Source: a virus (taxonomy: Duplodnaviria > Caudoviricetes). Taken from it: a stretch of DNA of 37,374 bases. Every line of letters begins with the position of its first letter. The first letter of the stretch is position 1. Below the pieces are notes generated by a model, which searched no databases, was not told the DNA's origin, and saw only the letters and a list, made by a program, of their open reading frames with translations. Position numbers and translations under genes: made by a program. The DNA lies in the IMG/VR virus record IMGVR_UViG_3300037991_004913, positions 1 through 37,374 of that record, one strand, 5' to 3'. This document shows, piece after piece, positions 8,320 through 18,500 of the stretch.

Positions 8320-8676
8320 TTATATTCTCTTGCCAAGTACTGCACCTAACGCAGCACCAACAAGACGTGAAGTTAATAAATCATATAAAGCACCTTTCTG
8401 TACACCTAATACTTTGGCGATTGCTTTACCTACAGCCTTTCCTAAAGCAAAACCAGTAAGGCCACCAAATATACTTCCTAATATACCTTCATTAACTATT
8501 TCTTCAACACATGCCTCTAGATCTTTACCTTCTTTATTTGCTTCAAGTATTCTTTCAACAGTAGCATCTATAGCAGCTTCTTGATCTTCAGATAAATCAT
8601 GAGATTCATTCAATAAGCTTTGTATATCAAATGTTTCATCTTTTGCTTCTTTTAAATAATCTTTAAAGGTTTTCAT
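8320..8676 (-). CDS. Small protein with an acidic N-terminal propeptide and a Gly-rich amphipathic cationic C-terminal peptide
   Basis: Starts MKTFKDYLKE; LNE, ILE and VNE sites; ends GILGSIFGGLTGFALGKAVGKAIAKVLG...LVGAALGAVLGKRI. Confidence 0.75.
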   Translation of the reverse strand: MKTFKDYLKEAKDETFDIQSLLNESHDLSEDQEAAIDATVERILEANKEGKDLEACVEEIVNEGILGSIFGGLTGFALGKAVGKAIAKVLGVQKGALYDLLTSRLVGAALGAVLGKRI

Positions 8677-8694
8677 TTTATTTGCTTTATTTGT

Positions 8695-8703
8695 TTATAT
8701 ATT
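8695..8703 (-). promoter_or_regulatory. Putative late promoter motif AATATATAA
   Basis: About 19 nt upstream of the ATG at 8676. Confidence 0.5.
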
Positions 8704-9256
8704 AGGTTATGTTAACTGCTATGTCTAAAATGTTATAAGTGAATTCAATATCAAAAGTTTCAAACTCCACTGTGTTACTAGAAAAGTTTAGATCTAAAGC
8801 ACCAATATTATTCATGATCATGTCTTTCAACTGAACAGTAACAAAAATATTTCCTTCAGCATCTAGCATTTGTATTCCAACACCTTCGGGTAGAAAAGGA
8901 TTTTTACCACTTTGTTTATAATAAAAATCAAACATCTCCACAGCCATCCAATAATTTACATATCCATCGAATGCTTGCATAGTAACAGTTAGTTTCTTAT
9001 CAAACAATTCTTGCTTAGGAACACTTGCTCTAAAGTTTCTAGTATTGCCAGGAAAATCATTTTGCTGCACCGGATCAAAAGAAGGACCTGGAAGATTTAT
9101 AGACTGAATTCCATAGTTCCAAAAATCAATAGGTTCTTTAATCAGACCGCCTGGAATTCTAGTTAAGAAAGGTTTATACCTATCTGCAATTTCCTTAGGA
9201 ACAAAATTTCTAGGAAAGTTAAATTTAAACTGATTATTTCTTGCGCTTAATAACAT
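8702..9256 (-). CDS. Tail completion/tube-fold protein (T4 gp3-like)
   Basis: IQSINLPG, FDKKLTVTM...NYW and LDLNFS...FDIEFTY pattern of gp3/gp19-fold proteins. Confidence 0.65.
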   Translation of the reverse strand: MLLSARNNQFKFNFPRNFVPKEIADRYKPFLTRIPGGLIKEPIDFWNYGIQSINLPGPSFDPVQQNDFPGNTRNFRASVPKQELFDKKLTVTMQAFDGYVNYWMAVEMFDFYYKQSGKNPFLPEGVGIQMLDAEGNIFVTVQLKDMIMNNIGALDLNFSSNTVEFETFDIEFTYNILDIAVNIT

Positions 9257-9268
9257 AGGTTAAATATT

Positions 9269-10165
9269 TTAAGAAACACCTCTAGGTCCATAACCACTTG
9301 TACTAGTTTTAGGATTACCTAAACTAAACTCTTCTAAATTTTTAGATGCTTGTTTAAAGAAAGATTTCTTTTTAGACCCACTTTGTGAGGCTAACCTCGC
9401 ATTCTTTATGGCCATTATTTGTTGTTTCTTTTTTAATTGTCTATTAGCCAATGCTTGAGCTTTTTTAGATTCCCTCTTAACTGCTGCTGACGCAGCTGCA
9501 TCTAATTGAGCTTCTAATTCAGATACTTCATTTGTAAGATCTTCGTTACTCGACTGCAAAGATTGTATAGTTAAAGTATCTTCATTGGCATTTTCTACGA
9601 GTTCTGCGTTTTCTTTTTTGAGTGCATCATTCTCTGCTTTGAGTTTAGCTAACTCTTCGCTATATAAAAGCTTTTGGTCTTGTATTTGAGAGGTTAATGT
9701 AGTACGCGTAGCATCATCAAAAGCTAGCCATAACCCTTGGTAAAGAATAGTCTCATCTGATGTAGAAACACCATCTAGGTCATTAGCACTTGTCATCTTT
9801 GTAGAAACATAAAAATTATTATTGTCTAATGCTAATATTTTTTTACTGTCTGATTTATCAACTTTAAAAAGTACCTCGCCTTGAGATAAATCTATCTCTT
9901 GTACTTGTGTATGGTTCTTGATAACTATCTCATCATTATTACCGATAAAGGTTAAATATACATCACCAACGTTTGACAGATCTATAGGTGTGTTTTCACC
10001 ATCCACTTCATCAAAAAGAGTAAAAACAAAATAATCATCAAAAGGAGATATTCTTATAGTACCGTCTCCTTGGGGAAGAGGCTCTTCATTAACAGAAAGA
10101 TTTACAAATTTCTGATAAAATTCCTTTTGTGTCTTTGTTAAAGATATGTTAGTTTCAATCGCCAT
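9269..10165 (-). CDS. Hypothetical virion protein with a BppU-like beta domain and C-terminal coiled coil
   Basis: PIDLSNV...GEVLFKV motif, a heptad-rich region and a basic tail. Confidence 0.6.
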   Translation of the reverse strand: MAIETNISLTKTQKEFYQKFVNLSVNEEPLPQGDGTIRISPFDDYFVFTLFDEVDGENTPIDLSNVGDVYLTFIGNNDEIVIKNHTQVQEIDLSQGEVLFKVDKSDSKKILALDNNNFYVSTKMTSANDLDGVSTSDETILYQGLWLAFDDATRTTLTSQIQDQKLLYSEELAKLKAENDALKKENAELVENANEDTLTIQSLQSSNEDLTNEVSELEAQLDAAASAAVKRESKKAQALANRQLKKKQQIMAIKNARLASQSGSKKKSFFKQASKNLEEFSLGNPKTSTSGYGPRGVS

Positions 10166-11522
10166 CTTCTTCAGTTATTGTTTGTATTTTTCCTGGTGAT
10201 ATTGCAGCTTTAATATTCATCCTATCTCTAAAAGAAGTAACATATTTAGTTTTAACCACCAGTTTTTCTGCAATCTGTTCAGAAGAATTTGCAGGGGTGT
10301 TAGTACCACCAGTTCCTACTACTATTTGTTTTCCTGTATCATTGTTTATTCTATTATAAACATTAGCAACAGTTGGGACAACACCTAAATTCAATGTTAG
10401 CATCTTTTTACCATATCTCTGTGTATCAAATGAAGTAAGGCTAGCATTTTTTATTATCTGAGTACTATCAGCTTTATTAAATAGTCTCATAGATAAATTT
10501 ATCTTAAATGATACAGCGGTGTTTGCATTTAAGATGATAGGCCTATATAATATAGGTTCATCAAAGTTACCATTCTGAGTAAACACTTGGGTAGATGTAG
10601 TAGAGAATACTGTTCCTACCTGTTCAACGACAGCTATCTCATAAAAAACTACATAGTCTCCGCCTTGTGAATTTAACTGAGCAATGAAATTACTTAAAGA
10701 AGATCCAGTAACCTGGCCATGTAAAGTAAAATAATCACCATCATCAGCTGCTTTTACTTCTGCAAAAAGATTACTATAAATATCTCGTGATAAGATAGAA
10801 ACAGAATTTATTTCTTGCATATTATAATAGCTATATGCATTATCTACTATGGTTTCATATATTCCTGTCGCCTTGAGTGTAATAGGTGGAGTACCAATGA
10901 AACCTTGACCTTCTGTAATTCGGTAAGCAACCCCGTTTGGGTCTGCTGTAGTAAATAAATTATTCATAAAGAATAAAGAAGGAACTCTCCATTCAATAAA
11001 AGTAGCATATAACTTATCACCTAATAGTAATGGGTCTGGGTTAAATGTTGGTGTATCAGTTCTTAAGAAATTAATAGAAGCAAAATTCATCATTATGCCA
11101 TCTCTTCTAGGTGCTAATGCTTCAAATACAATACCATCAAAATCTTCAAAACTAAAACCGGCGACAAAATGTATTTTCATTTTATCATAAGCGACGTCTA
11201 GATCAGGACTAAATGATTGAAGTAAGTTACTACTGCTAGTTAATTCAGGATCAAAATCATTATAAGGAACTCCTATACTTGTATCTAAAGAAACATATTG
11301 AGTTTTATTAGCATTAATGGCCACGGCAGAGATATCTCTATAGTTACCCATAGTAGCAGAAACAGAATCAGTATTAAAAAAGTAAGTTCCACTAGTATGA
11401 CCATCTCTCATTAACTCTATAGGAAAACTAGCTGTGTTAAAAGTTGTTGGCGCAGCCTGATCTGTATAGATGTACTCTATAAGAATCTGTGGTGATATTT
11501 GTATAAATCTTGATGACTCCAT
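10155..11522 (-). CDS. Hypothetical virion structural protein
   Basis: 455-aa beta-rich ORF in the structural cluster, with AAATAAATA upstream. Confidence 0.65.
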   Translation of the reverse strand: MESSRFIQISPQILIEYIYTDQAAPTTFNTASFPIELMRDGHTSGTYFFNTDSVSATMGNYRDISAVAINANKTQYVSLDTSIGVPYNDFDPELTSSSNLLQSFSPDLDVAYDKMKIHFVAGFSFEDFDGIVFEALAPRRDGIMMNFASINFLRTDTPTFNPDPLLLGDKLYATFIEWRVPSLFFMNNLFTTADPNGVAYRITEGQGFIGTPPITLKATGIYETIVDNAYSYYNMQEINSVSILSRDIYSNLFAEVKAADDGDYFTLHGQVTGSSLSNFIAQLNSQGGDYVVFYEIAVVEQVGTVFSTTSTQVFTQNGNFDEPILYRPIILNANTAVSFKINLSMRLFNKADSTQIIKNASLTSFDTQRYGKKMLTLNLGVVPTVANVYNRINNDTGKQIVVGTGGTNTPANSSEQIAEKLVVKTKYVTSFRDRMNIKAAISPGKIQTITEEDGD

Positions 11523-11536
11523 TCTATTCTATTTAT

Positions 11537-12322
11537 TTACCATTGTAAAAGTTTTGGACTCCATGAAACGCCTACACCAACATAAGGTCCAATTTGCCCA
11601 GTCCCAGTTACGCCTACTCCTAAGTTTATTCCTAAACCAAAAGGTTTTCTATTTTGCATTTGTAAGCTTTTAAAAGCATCGCTTTTTGTATCTACCATTA
11701 TACCTTGTGTGCTATTAAAAGTAGTACCAGGATAATCAGAAGTTAGCTTAATAAAAATCTCCTTTGTATTCTGGTCCTGTGATAATGTAGCATCTAACCA
11801 AATATCTTGAATTAAATCAATCTTTGCATTACCAAAGGCTAGACTATCACTTAACATATAGGGTAATGAAACACTTAAAGATCTAGAACTCTTATCCCAT
11901 GCACTATCAGATGAAAAAGAAACAACAGAATTAAATTGGTTGTTTCCTTGTACAATAATTGTATCTTTAGATTCTACGGGTATCTCCACTATTTTCTCCA
12001 CTATCTTTGTCTTTGTTTTAACAATCGTGATAGGTGGCTTATTTCTTTCTATTTCCAAGCTATCCTTTAGTTCATCTATCGTCAAAGATAGCCCTTTAAT
12101 TTCTCCTACTGAATTTCCATTTTCGTCAATGTAATTTCGGATAGTATCATTAGCTGCTACTAAGTTATTTTGAATTCGAGTAACTTCTCCTTTAGCATTA
12201 GCAGTTTCATTACACTGTCTCATAAGTAAAAGAAATAGCACAGCCATACCACCTAAGAGAAACATCCTAGTGTTTTTTGGGTCTGTCAGAATACCAAGAA
12301 TATTTTTAACTATTACTATCAT
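11537..12322 (-). CDS. Membrane-anchored spanin-like envelope protein (Bacteroidota type)
   Basis: N-terminal hydrophobic segment ending RQC, a coiled coil, and a C-terminal amphipathic beta-hairpin (FGLGINLGVG...PYVGVGVSW). Confidence 0.55.
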   Translation of the reverse strand: MIVIVKNILGILTDPKNTRMFLLGGMAVLFLLLMRQCNETANAKGEVTRIQNNLVAANDTIRNYIDENGNSVGEIKGLSLTIDELKDSLEIERNKPPITIVKTKTKIVEKIVEIPVESKDTIIVQGNNQFNSVVSFSSDSAWDKSSRSLSVSLPYMLSDSLAFGNAKIDLIQDIWLDATLSQDQNTKEIFIKLTSDYPGTTFNSTQGIMVDTKSDAFKSLQMQNRKPFGLGINLGVGVTGTGQIGPYVGVGVSWSPKLLQW

Positions 12323-12555
12323 TCTTTTATGTACTTAAGAAGCTTATTTGGCGTAACTTCTGAAGCACCATATTTTTTTGCTATTTTATCCATGAAACTT
12401 TTTTCTTTAAGTTTCATTGAATCTACTTCTTCAAAAAGACCATCTCTTTTCTTAGCTAAACTCTCAATGCTTTTCTGCATTAAGTCTAAAGATAATTGAA
12501 TTTCTCTATATCTGCTCACATATCCGTTGAGTTCTTTTATTTCTTTCTTTGTCAT
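12319..12555 (-). CDS. Small coiled-coil protein, possible tail-fibre chaperone
   Basis: 78-aa helical ORF ending KKYG..., directly downstream of the fibre gene; ATGA overlap with the next gene. Confidence 0.6.
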   Translation of the reverse strand: MTKKEIKELNGYVSRYREIQLSLDLMQKSIESLAKKRDGLFEEVDSMKLKEKSFMDKIAKKYGASEVTPNKLLKYIKE

Positions 12556-12556
12556 A

Positions 12557-15500
12557 TTATATTGCGTTTAATTCATAAGTAAATGTAAATGCCATTATTG
12601 GGGCATAAAAACCATGATATGTTGAACCCCCAGTTGTATAACTATTGCTATAATTACTTAGTACACTTAGCCATAGATGAGTTGAGTTCGTACTAGTACC
12701 AGGGTTCATTCCACTAGTATTTGTACTAGTACCACCTCGGACATCACCGGTTGGGAAAGGACCATTATAATTCAATCCACTTATTGTACCTCCAGTAAGA
12801 TTTCGGCATGTAGCTAGTGAATTGGTTGCTCCATTAACAAAGTCAAACTTACTTGTAACAATACCTGAAATGTTTACTGCCTTTGCACCTCGTAATCCAC
12901 CAGTAGGGATTGTGCCACCATCCTGGCTATTTCCACCGTTTAAGTTTACTTGCACAGGAAGAGGAATCGGTCCAATTTTCAATTGAGAATTAAAGTTAGA
13001 GCTATTAGCTACAAGCATTCCACCGTTTGTTATAGTCGAACCAGGGTTACTTCCGCCGTCCCAGTCAACATACAGCTTTACAAATCCTGACCCTGTTACT
13101 ACACGACCTACTCTATGCCACTGATACTTATACTGAAATGCTAAGTCGTCAGAAGAATTATTAGTTCCTTGGTTGGTTGTCGTACCGCTCCATGTCTGAG
13201 CCCCACTCAATATAGCCTGCTGTTCAATAGTCGGTCCTGAATATGAGCCGCCAAATTCTGAAGTATAATAGTCACCAATAATATCACCGAATACCTTAAA
13301 CTGTTGCCTACCTCTATACTGGTCTCCAACATTAACACCCCCATAATTATATACACCCTCAGCATGTGGATATGGCGTATTTTGGTCTAACACGGTATTA
13401 GGAGAGGTAACTGATGAAACTATATCAAACTCGGTCTTACGTGACTCGTTTCTTGTTCCATATAGATAAATTCTTCCTTCTACGTTTGCACCGTTTGTTA
13501 CATCCTCAGTTCCAGGAGACGGGACAGTTCCTCCACCAGAAGTAACACTTTCTTTGTTTTGGTTTAATCCTAAGGTTAGTCCAGTCGCCCCTCTATTACC
13601 AGCCGTTGATGCTGGACCTGATGGGGCTTGTGGCCTAGGCATAGCTCTTGCACTTGCCCACAGCCTAACTGAATTTACACTATAATTACCTGTTCCACTA
13701 GAACCTCCAGTATTTTTACCGGTGTAAACATAAACAGCACCTGGGTTTTTTCCATCTTCGTCAGTACCACTCTTAATATGTAAAGCACCTTGTTGTTCAT
13801 TAATAGACACGTTAGCTCCCATTGCACCATAAAACGCACCATAAGGTCCTCTAATTTCAGCACCGCCATAGAAAGGTACTATACCCGAAGTGTTAGCTGT
13901 TGGATTCGGTTTATGACCTACTTGAATACGTGGTAGCTGTGGGGTTGTTCCAGGTGACCAAGTACTAGTCTCATTAGGTGCCATGATTATCATTGGCTTA
14001 TATAATGAAACTTCACCTGCTAACTGTCCAGTTGTAACACCACCTAAAACAATTTCACCTGTAGAAGTCTGCATTCTTACAAGCGGTTTGTTATCTACTT
14101 GCATCACGGTAGTCCCACCATCACTATTAGTATTAATATTAGCACCATGTGAAGCTATAGAAACATAACCTGCATTACCGGCACCAGGACCTGAACTTAT
14201 TGTAATACCCCCAGTTATAGTCGGGTTCTCTGCTACTATCCTAATGTCTTCACCAGAACCAAATGTCTTTAATATTATTCCATCACCGGTCGGTACAGAA
14301 CTCGCTGCAGGTTTTCCTGCCAATAGTTTAATACCATCTGTGTTGTTAGTATCTGTAGTTCCTAAACGAATACCTTTTGTGGCTATACCACCAAAGTCTT
14401 CTCCTATTAAAACTTTATCACCGTTTATATTAACATTACTGACTGCTTGAATATTTGTATTTCCTGTTGATTTAGTTATAATCGCACCTCCAGCATTAAA
14501 TTCCACATCTGAAGCAGTTACACCATAAATATATCTTGCATCTAATAGAAGGTTACCTGCAGAAGTTGTACTACCAGGATTAACAACATTATTACCTAAT
14601 TCAATTCTACCTGTACCTGAAGTTCCTAAAGTACTTACTTGAAATTTATTTCCTGCTCCTGCACTACCACCACCGTCTCCTACTTGAATTACGAAGTTAC
14701 CGTTCTCTCCAGGGAATCCATAAGACACGGCATTTTCTCCAGAGGATAAACTAATATCCTGACCGGCTCTCATAGTCATTCCTCTACCTTGAGAGATTAC
14801 ACTATATCCTATAAGCCCAGCCACGTTTGTAGCAGACTTAGGAATGTCAATTAAGAAACCATCATCAGGTGTAACTTGCATTGTAACTAAGTCACCTAAA
14901 GAATTTTGCGCATAGTTGTTTGCAGGATTAGCACCACCTCCCATAAATTTAATAGCATTGGCGTTATTATCCTTTTGGTGAACAAGTAATGACAATACAT
15001 CTGAAGAAATACTTAAAGCTAAAGTATCTGTTAAAGTATATGCAGAAGTCAATGGGATAGATGGATCTGCTGGGTTGGTATTACTTGCCACACCACCTAT
15101 TAAAACCGTAGGTACGCCTTCGTTGGTAGAATTTGCACCAGCACCAAACCCAGTTGGAGATGGTAAAACTGTTTGTTTATTGTTAAGAGATGGGGTTCCA
15201 AAGAAAGATCCAAAACCACCATCTTGTCCTGCAGGACCTATCGGCCCCTGTAAATCTACGGTTGTCACTACCCATGTAGCACCATTATATTCCCATACTT
15301 GCCCGTTAAATTGTAAATAATAATCTCCCTCTAATGGTGTTGAAGTTGGTGGCGCAACATTAGGACTAAGCCCAGGAGATGATACAGAATTATCTTCATA
15401 CCAAGTAGTACCTTTTGGGCCTCTTCCACCCGCAGGTCCAGTAGGACCAGCAGGACCGATGGGACCGGCCGGGCCTCCACCATTAAGCAATAGCTGATCA

Positions 15501-15574
15501 AAATTAAAATTGGTCTTATCGACCATCTGTGAAATAGTATCAGATGCTATTATTTCTTGTATAGTGATTGGCAT
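12557..15574 (-). CDS. Tail fibre / receptor-binding protein with collagen-like segment
   Basis: GPAGPIGPAGPTGPAGGRGPKG repeat, GDYYLQ..GQVWEYNGATW motif, G/S/T/N-rich shaft and C-terminal YQWHRVGRVV...FTFTYEL head domain. Confidence 0.8.
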   Translation of the reverse strand: MPITIQEIIASDTISQMVDKTNFNFDQLLLNGGGPAGPIGPAGPTGPAGGRGPKGTTWYEDNSVSSPGLSPNVAPPTSTPLEGDYYLQFNGQVWEYNGATWVVTTVDLQGPIGPAGQDGGFGSFFGTPSLNNKQTVLPSPTGFGAGANSTNEGVPTVLIGGVASNTNPADPSIPLTSAYTLTDTLALSISSDVLSLLVHQKDNNANAIKFMGGGANPANNYAQNSLGDLVTMQVTPDDGFLIDIPKSATNVAGLIGYSVISQGRGMTMRAGQDISLSSGENAVSYGFPGENGNFVIQVGDGGGSAGAGNKFQVSTLGTSGTGRIELGNNVVNPGSTTSAGNLLLDARYIYGVTASDVEFNAGGAIITKSTGNTNIQAVSNVNINGDKVLIGEDFGGIATKGIRLGTTDTNNTDGIKLLAGKPAASSVPTGDGIILKTFGSGEDIRIVAENPTITGGITISSGPGAGNAGYVSIASHGANINTNSDGGTTVMQVDNKPLVRMQTSTGEIVLGGVTTGQLAGEVSLYKPMIIMAPNETSTWSPGTTPQLPRIQVGHKPNPTANTSGIVPFYGGAEIRGPYGAFYGAMGANVSINEQQGALHIKSGTDEDGKNPGAVYVYTGKNTGGSSGTGNYSVNSVRLWASARAMPRPQAPSGPASTAGNRGATGLTLGLNQNKESVTSGGGTVPSPGTEDVTNGANVEGRIYLYGTRNESRKTEFDIVSSVTSPNTVLDQNTPYPHAEGVYNYGGVNVGDQYRGRQQFKVFGDIIGDYYTSEFGGSYSGPTIEQQAILSGAQTWSGTTTNQGTNNSSDDLAFQYKYQWHRVGRVVTGSGFVKLYVDWDGGSNPGSTITNGGMLVANSSNFNSQLKIGPIPLPVQVNLNGGNSQDGGTIPTGGLRGAKAVNISGIVTSKFDFVNGATNSLATCRNLTGGTISGLNYNGPFPTGDVRGGTSTNTSGMNPGTSTNSTHLWLSVLSNYSNSYTTGGSTYHGFYAPIMAFTFTYELNAI

Positions 15575-15583
15575 TTCTTTCTA

Positions 15584-18500
15584 TTATTTTTTAACAATAG
15601 TTACACTGAACCCAAATGATTCAGAGAAACCTGTTCTTTTATTATATATTAGCTTTAAATCAAATGGATTAGTATTAAGTGTCTTTGACGATACATTATC
15701 ATTGATAGTTAAACCAGCCTCAATTTTTTGTTGGTTAGTTAGCTGCGCGGTTGAAAAATCTGATGGAGTGTTGGTACGACTCGCAAGAGTATAAAAATCA
15801 ACTCTTCCTACTTTATAAAGCTTAAGTATGTTTTCTTCAATATATCTATTAACATCATCATCTAATGTTTCTAAATCACCAAACCCGTATAAAGGATTAA
15901 CATATTTCAAAAACTCTTCTTTGATAGGAGTAAATAAAAAATCTTTAAGTCTCTTTTGTATAAGTAAGTAAAAATTGATTACAGGCGGTGATGGCTTTTT
16001 CTTTGTTACTCTAACAGGTTTAACTGCATTACCTTTTATTAATTTTTTATTAACCTTAACAGAGGCAATGTCTTGATGCATAAAGGTACCATCAATGAGA
16101 TCAGGTTGTCGTATTGCCGCTTTAACTAGAGGGTCTCCTACAAATGTTTCTAAAACGATTTCCTCTGGAACTTTAAGATACTTAGATCCAAAAAATGATT
16201 TCTTTTCTTTCATAGACCTAGTACCTATCACATCTTCAATTAGAGTTTTATCTATACTCTTAATAAAATAAGAAGGTTCCCAGTTTGATGAGAAGGTATA
16301 AAAATCTTTAAAATCAATACCTACTTCATTAATTAAAGGGTAAAGACTCAGGAATGCTGAATCTGTGGAAAGCTCTAACACAGTAGAAGGATCTTGTTCA
16401 TTTACCTTATGATAAAAGAAATTTTGTAATTGTCCAAAATTAACATCTGAACTATTAAATTGAGTATTACACCACTTACATAAATCTCTTACTTTTAGTT
16501 TATAAGCTTCATCAGGAATAACACCAGAACCAGTAGATCCAGTTGATCCTGTTGAGATACTATTAAAATCTATATTATTATAAGGATCTCTAAAAGATAA
16601 TATTGACAAGGCTGTAGGTTGATAATACCCCGCATGTCTTGCTATAGGAGTTATTCTAGGTTTTGTTTGTAACGATAAATCAAAGCCTATTACATCAGTT
16701 AAGTTAAATGCAGTAGGTTTAGCAGGGTCAGGTAAAACTCCAATATAAATTGATTTTAAAATGTCGGCTTGTGCTCTTAACTCTATTCCAAAGGTTTGTG
16801 CTAGACTACCATCCGGGTTTAATACCCTACTCCCATCGGCATTAATAGTCTCATACACAACATTCGGATTACCTTGATTGACTGCATCAAAAATCTCAGC
16901 AAAACCTATACTGTTTAGTCGGTTGAGGTAGGCATTATAACCACCACCTAATGTTATATATGTAGCATTAGCAGCTTGTGTTAAATTAGGCGAAAAATTA
17001 GGTATAGGCCAATTCAAACCATTTCTTGTAACTTGTGTACATAATAATTCAGAGTCAGAATTAATTTGTGTTATACCAGTTATTCTAAACACAGCTGCAC
17101 CTACAGTAAATTCAATATCAGAAAATTCACCATTGATACCAACAGTTATATCATTAAAAAATCTACTAGGATTACCAGCACTGTCAGGGATACCTCTGAT
17201 TACAAATTGATTTAATGCTGCATCATAACCTGAAGAAGAAAAATCTATAGCACCTTGCATAGTTCCATTTAAATATGAAATAGGATATACAGGAGAACAG
17301 TCCGCATTTACTTGGTACTTGCTATTTAAAGAATATAAACTAGTCCTATCAATAATAGATTGTGCGCCTGGGCCATTAATACAAGGTTCATTATATGCTA
17401 ATGAAATTAACATTACTACTGTTTTCCACTTATCATTTTTTATAAACTTTACTTGTGTCTCAGGTTTATCCGGTAAATTAGGAACTAAAATAGCAGAGAA
17501 TCTATAATCATTAAATGCACCGTTCTGTACATAAGATAGTGACCTAGCATCAAAATCAGGTTTCTCATCACCTTTAGCTTTGGGTTTTGCTATAATTCTA
17601 ACACCTCTTAAAAAAGATTCGGCAAAATTATTTTCGTTGCCCCCTAAAAATCTACCATATCTTAATTGCCTATCTATCTCTGTAATTCCTCCAGTGTTAA
17701 ATTTTTGTACAATAAAATAATCATCAAAATAATTCTTGTCTACTCTTTGGAAGGTACCTGGTGTAATTGTTTGTGCTCCTGTGCTCGGATCTGTTGTAAC
17801 AATAGTATCGCTAGGTGCTTCATCAATATAGCTCCAAGAACTTTCTATTGCACTCTTTCCAAAATATTTAGGAAACTCAGAAAGATAATACCACTCATGA
17901 GTGTAACCGCTAGATACTTGTCCTCTATCCCATTTAGATGGTGCAAAATTATTTAGACCAAATGCCTCTGATAGATCTAATCTATAAGGATGATTTCTAA
18001 CATCTTTACCATCATTATACCAACTCCATTTATTAATGTAAGGTATAATCCTAGATGCAGTTGCCTGTGAAGTTAAAAAGTTTTCTTCTAGTCTGGAATA
18101 TTCAGATTTAATATATTCTTGGTTTTCATTTTCAGGATTAGAGTCTTTCAACAACCCAATAAGATTAAAGAATCCTCCGTTATCATAAAACTCTCTAATG
18201 TCAGGATTAGAACTAATTCCTGTATACACAACCGGGTTTGCACTACCTGGAACTGTTTGATTGTATTGAGCGTGTTCAAAAGCCAATTCACCTTCTTCAC
18301 TATATAACGTGCTATAAAAATCAGAATCAAAATCCCTTATATCAAAAAATGAAAATCTACCAAAAGAAGGTCTATAATCTGAATAAAGAGCAACTTGATT
18401 ACTTCGAGTCACTAGTATTTGATCATCATTACATGTTATAACAACATATTTATCAATATCTGTATATCCTACAATATCATTGGCAGCATTAAATATAGGT

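Noticed and set aside
10150-10180. Programmed frameshift fusing the 455-aa and 298-aa ORFs (11-nt overlap)
   Set aside because: The downstream frame has a TAA four codons before its own ATG and no clear slippery heptamer; ordinary overlap is sufficient.
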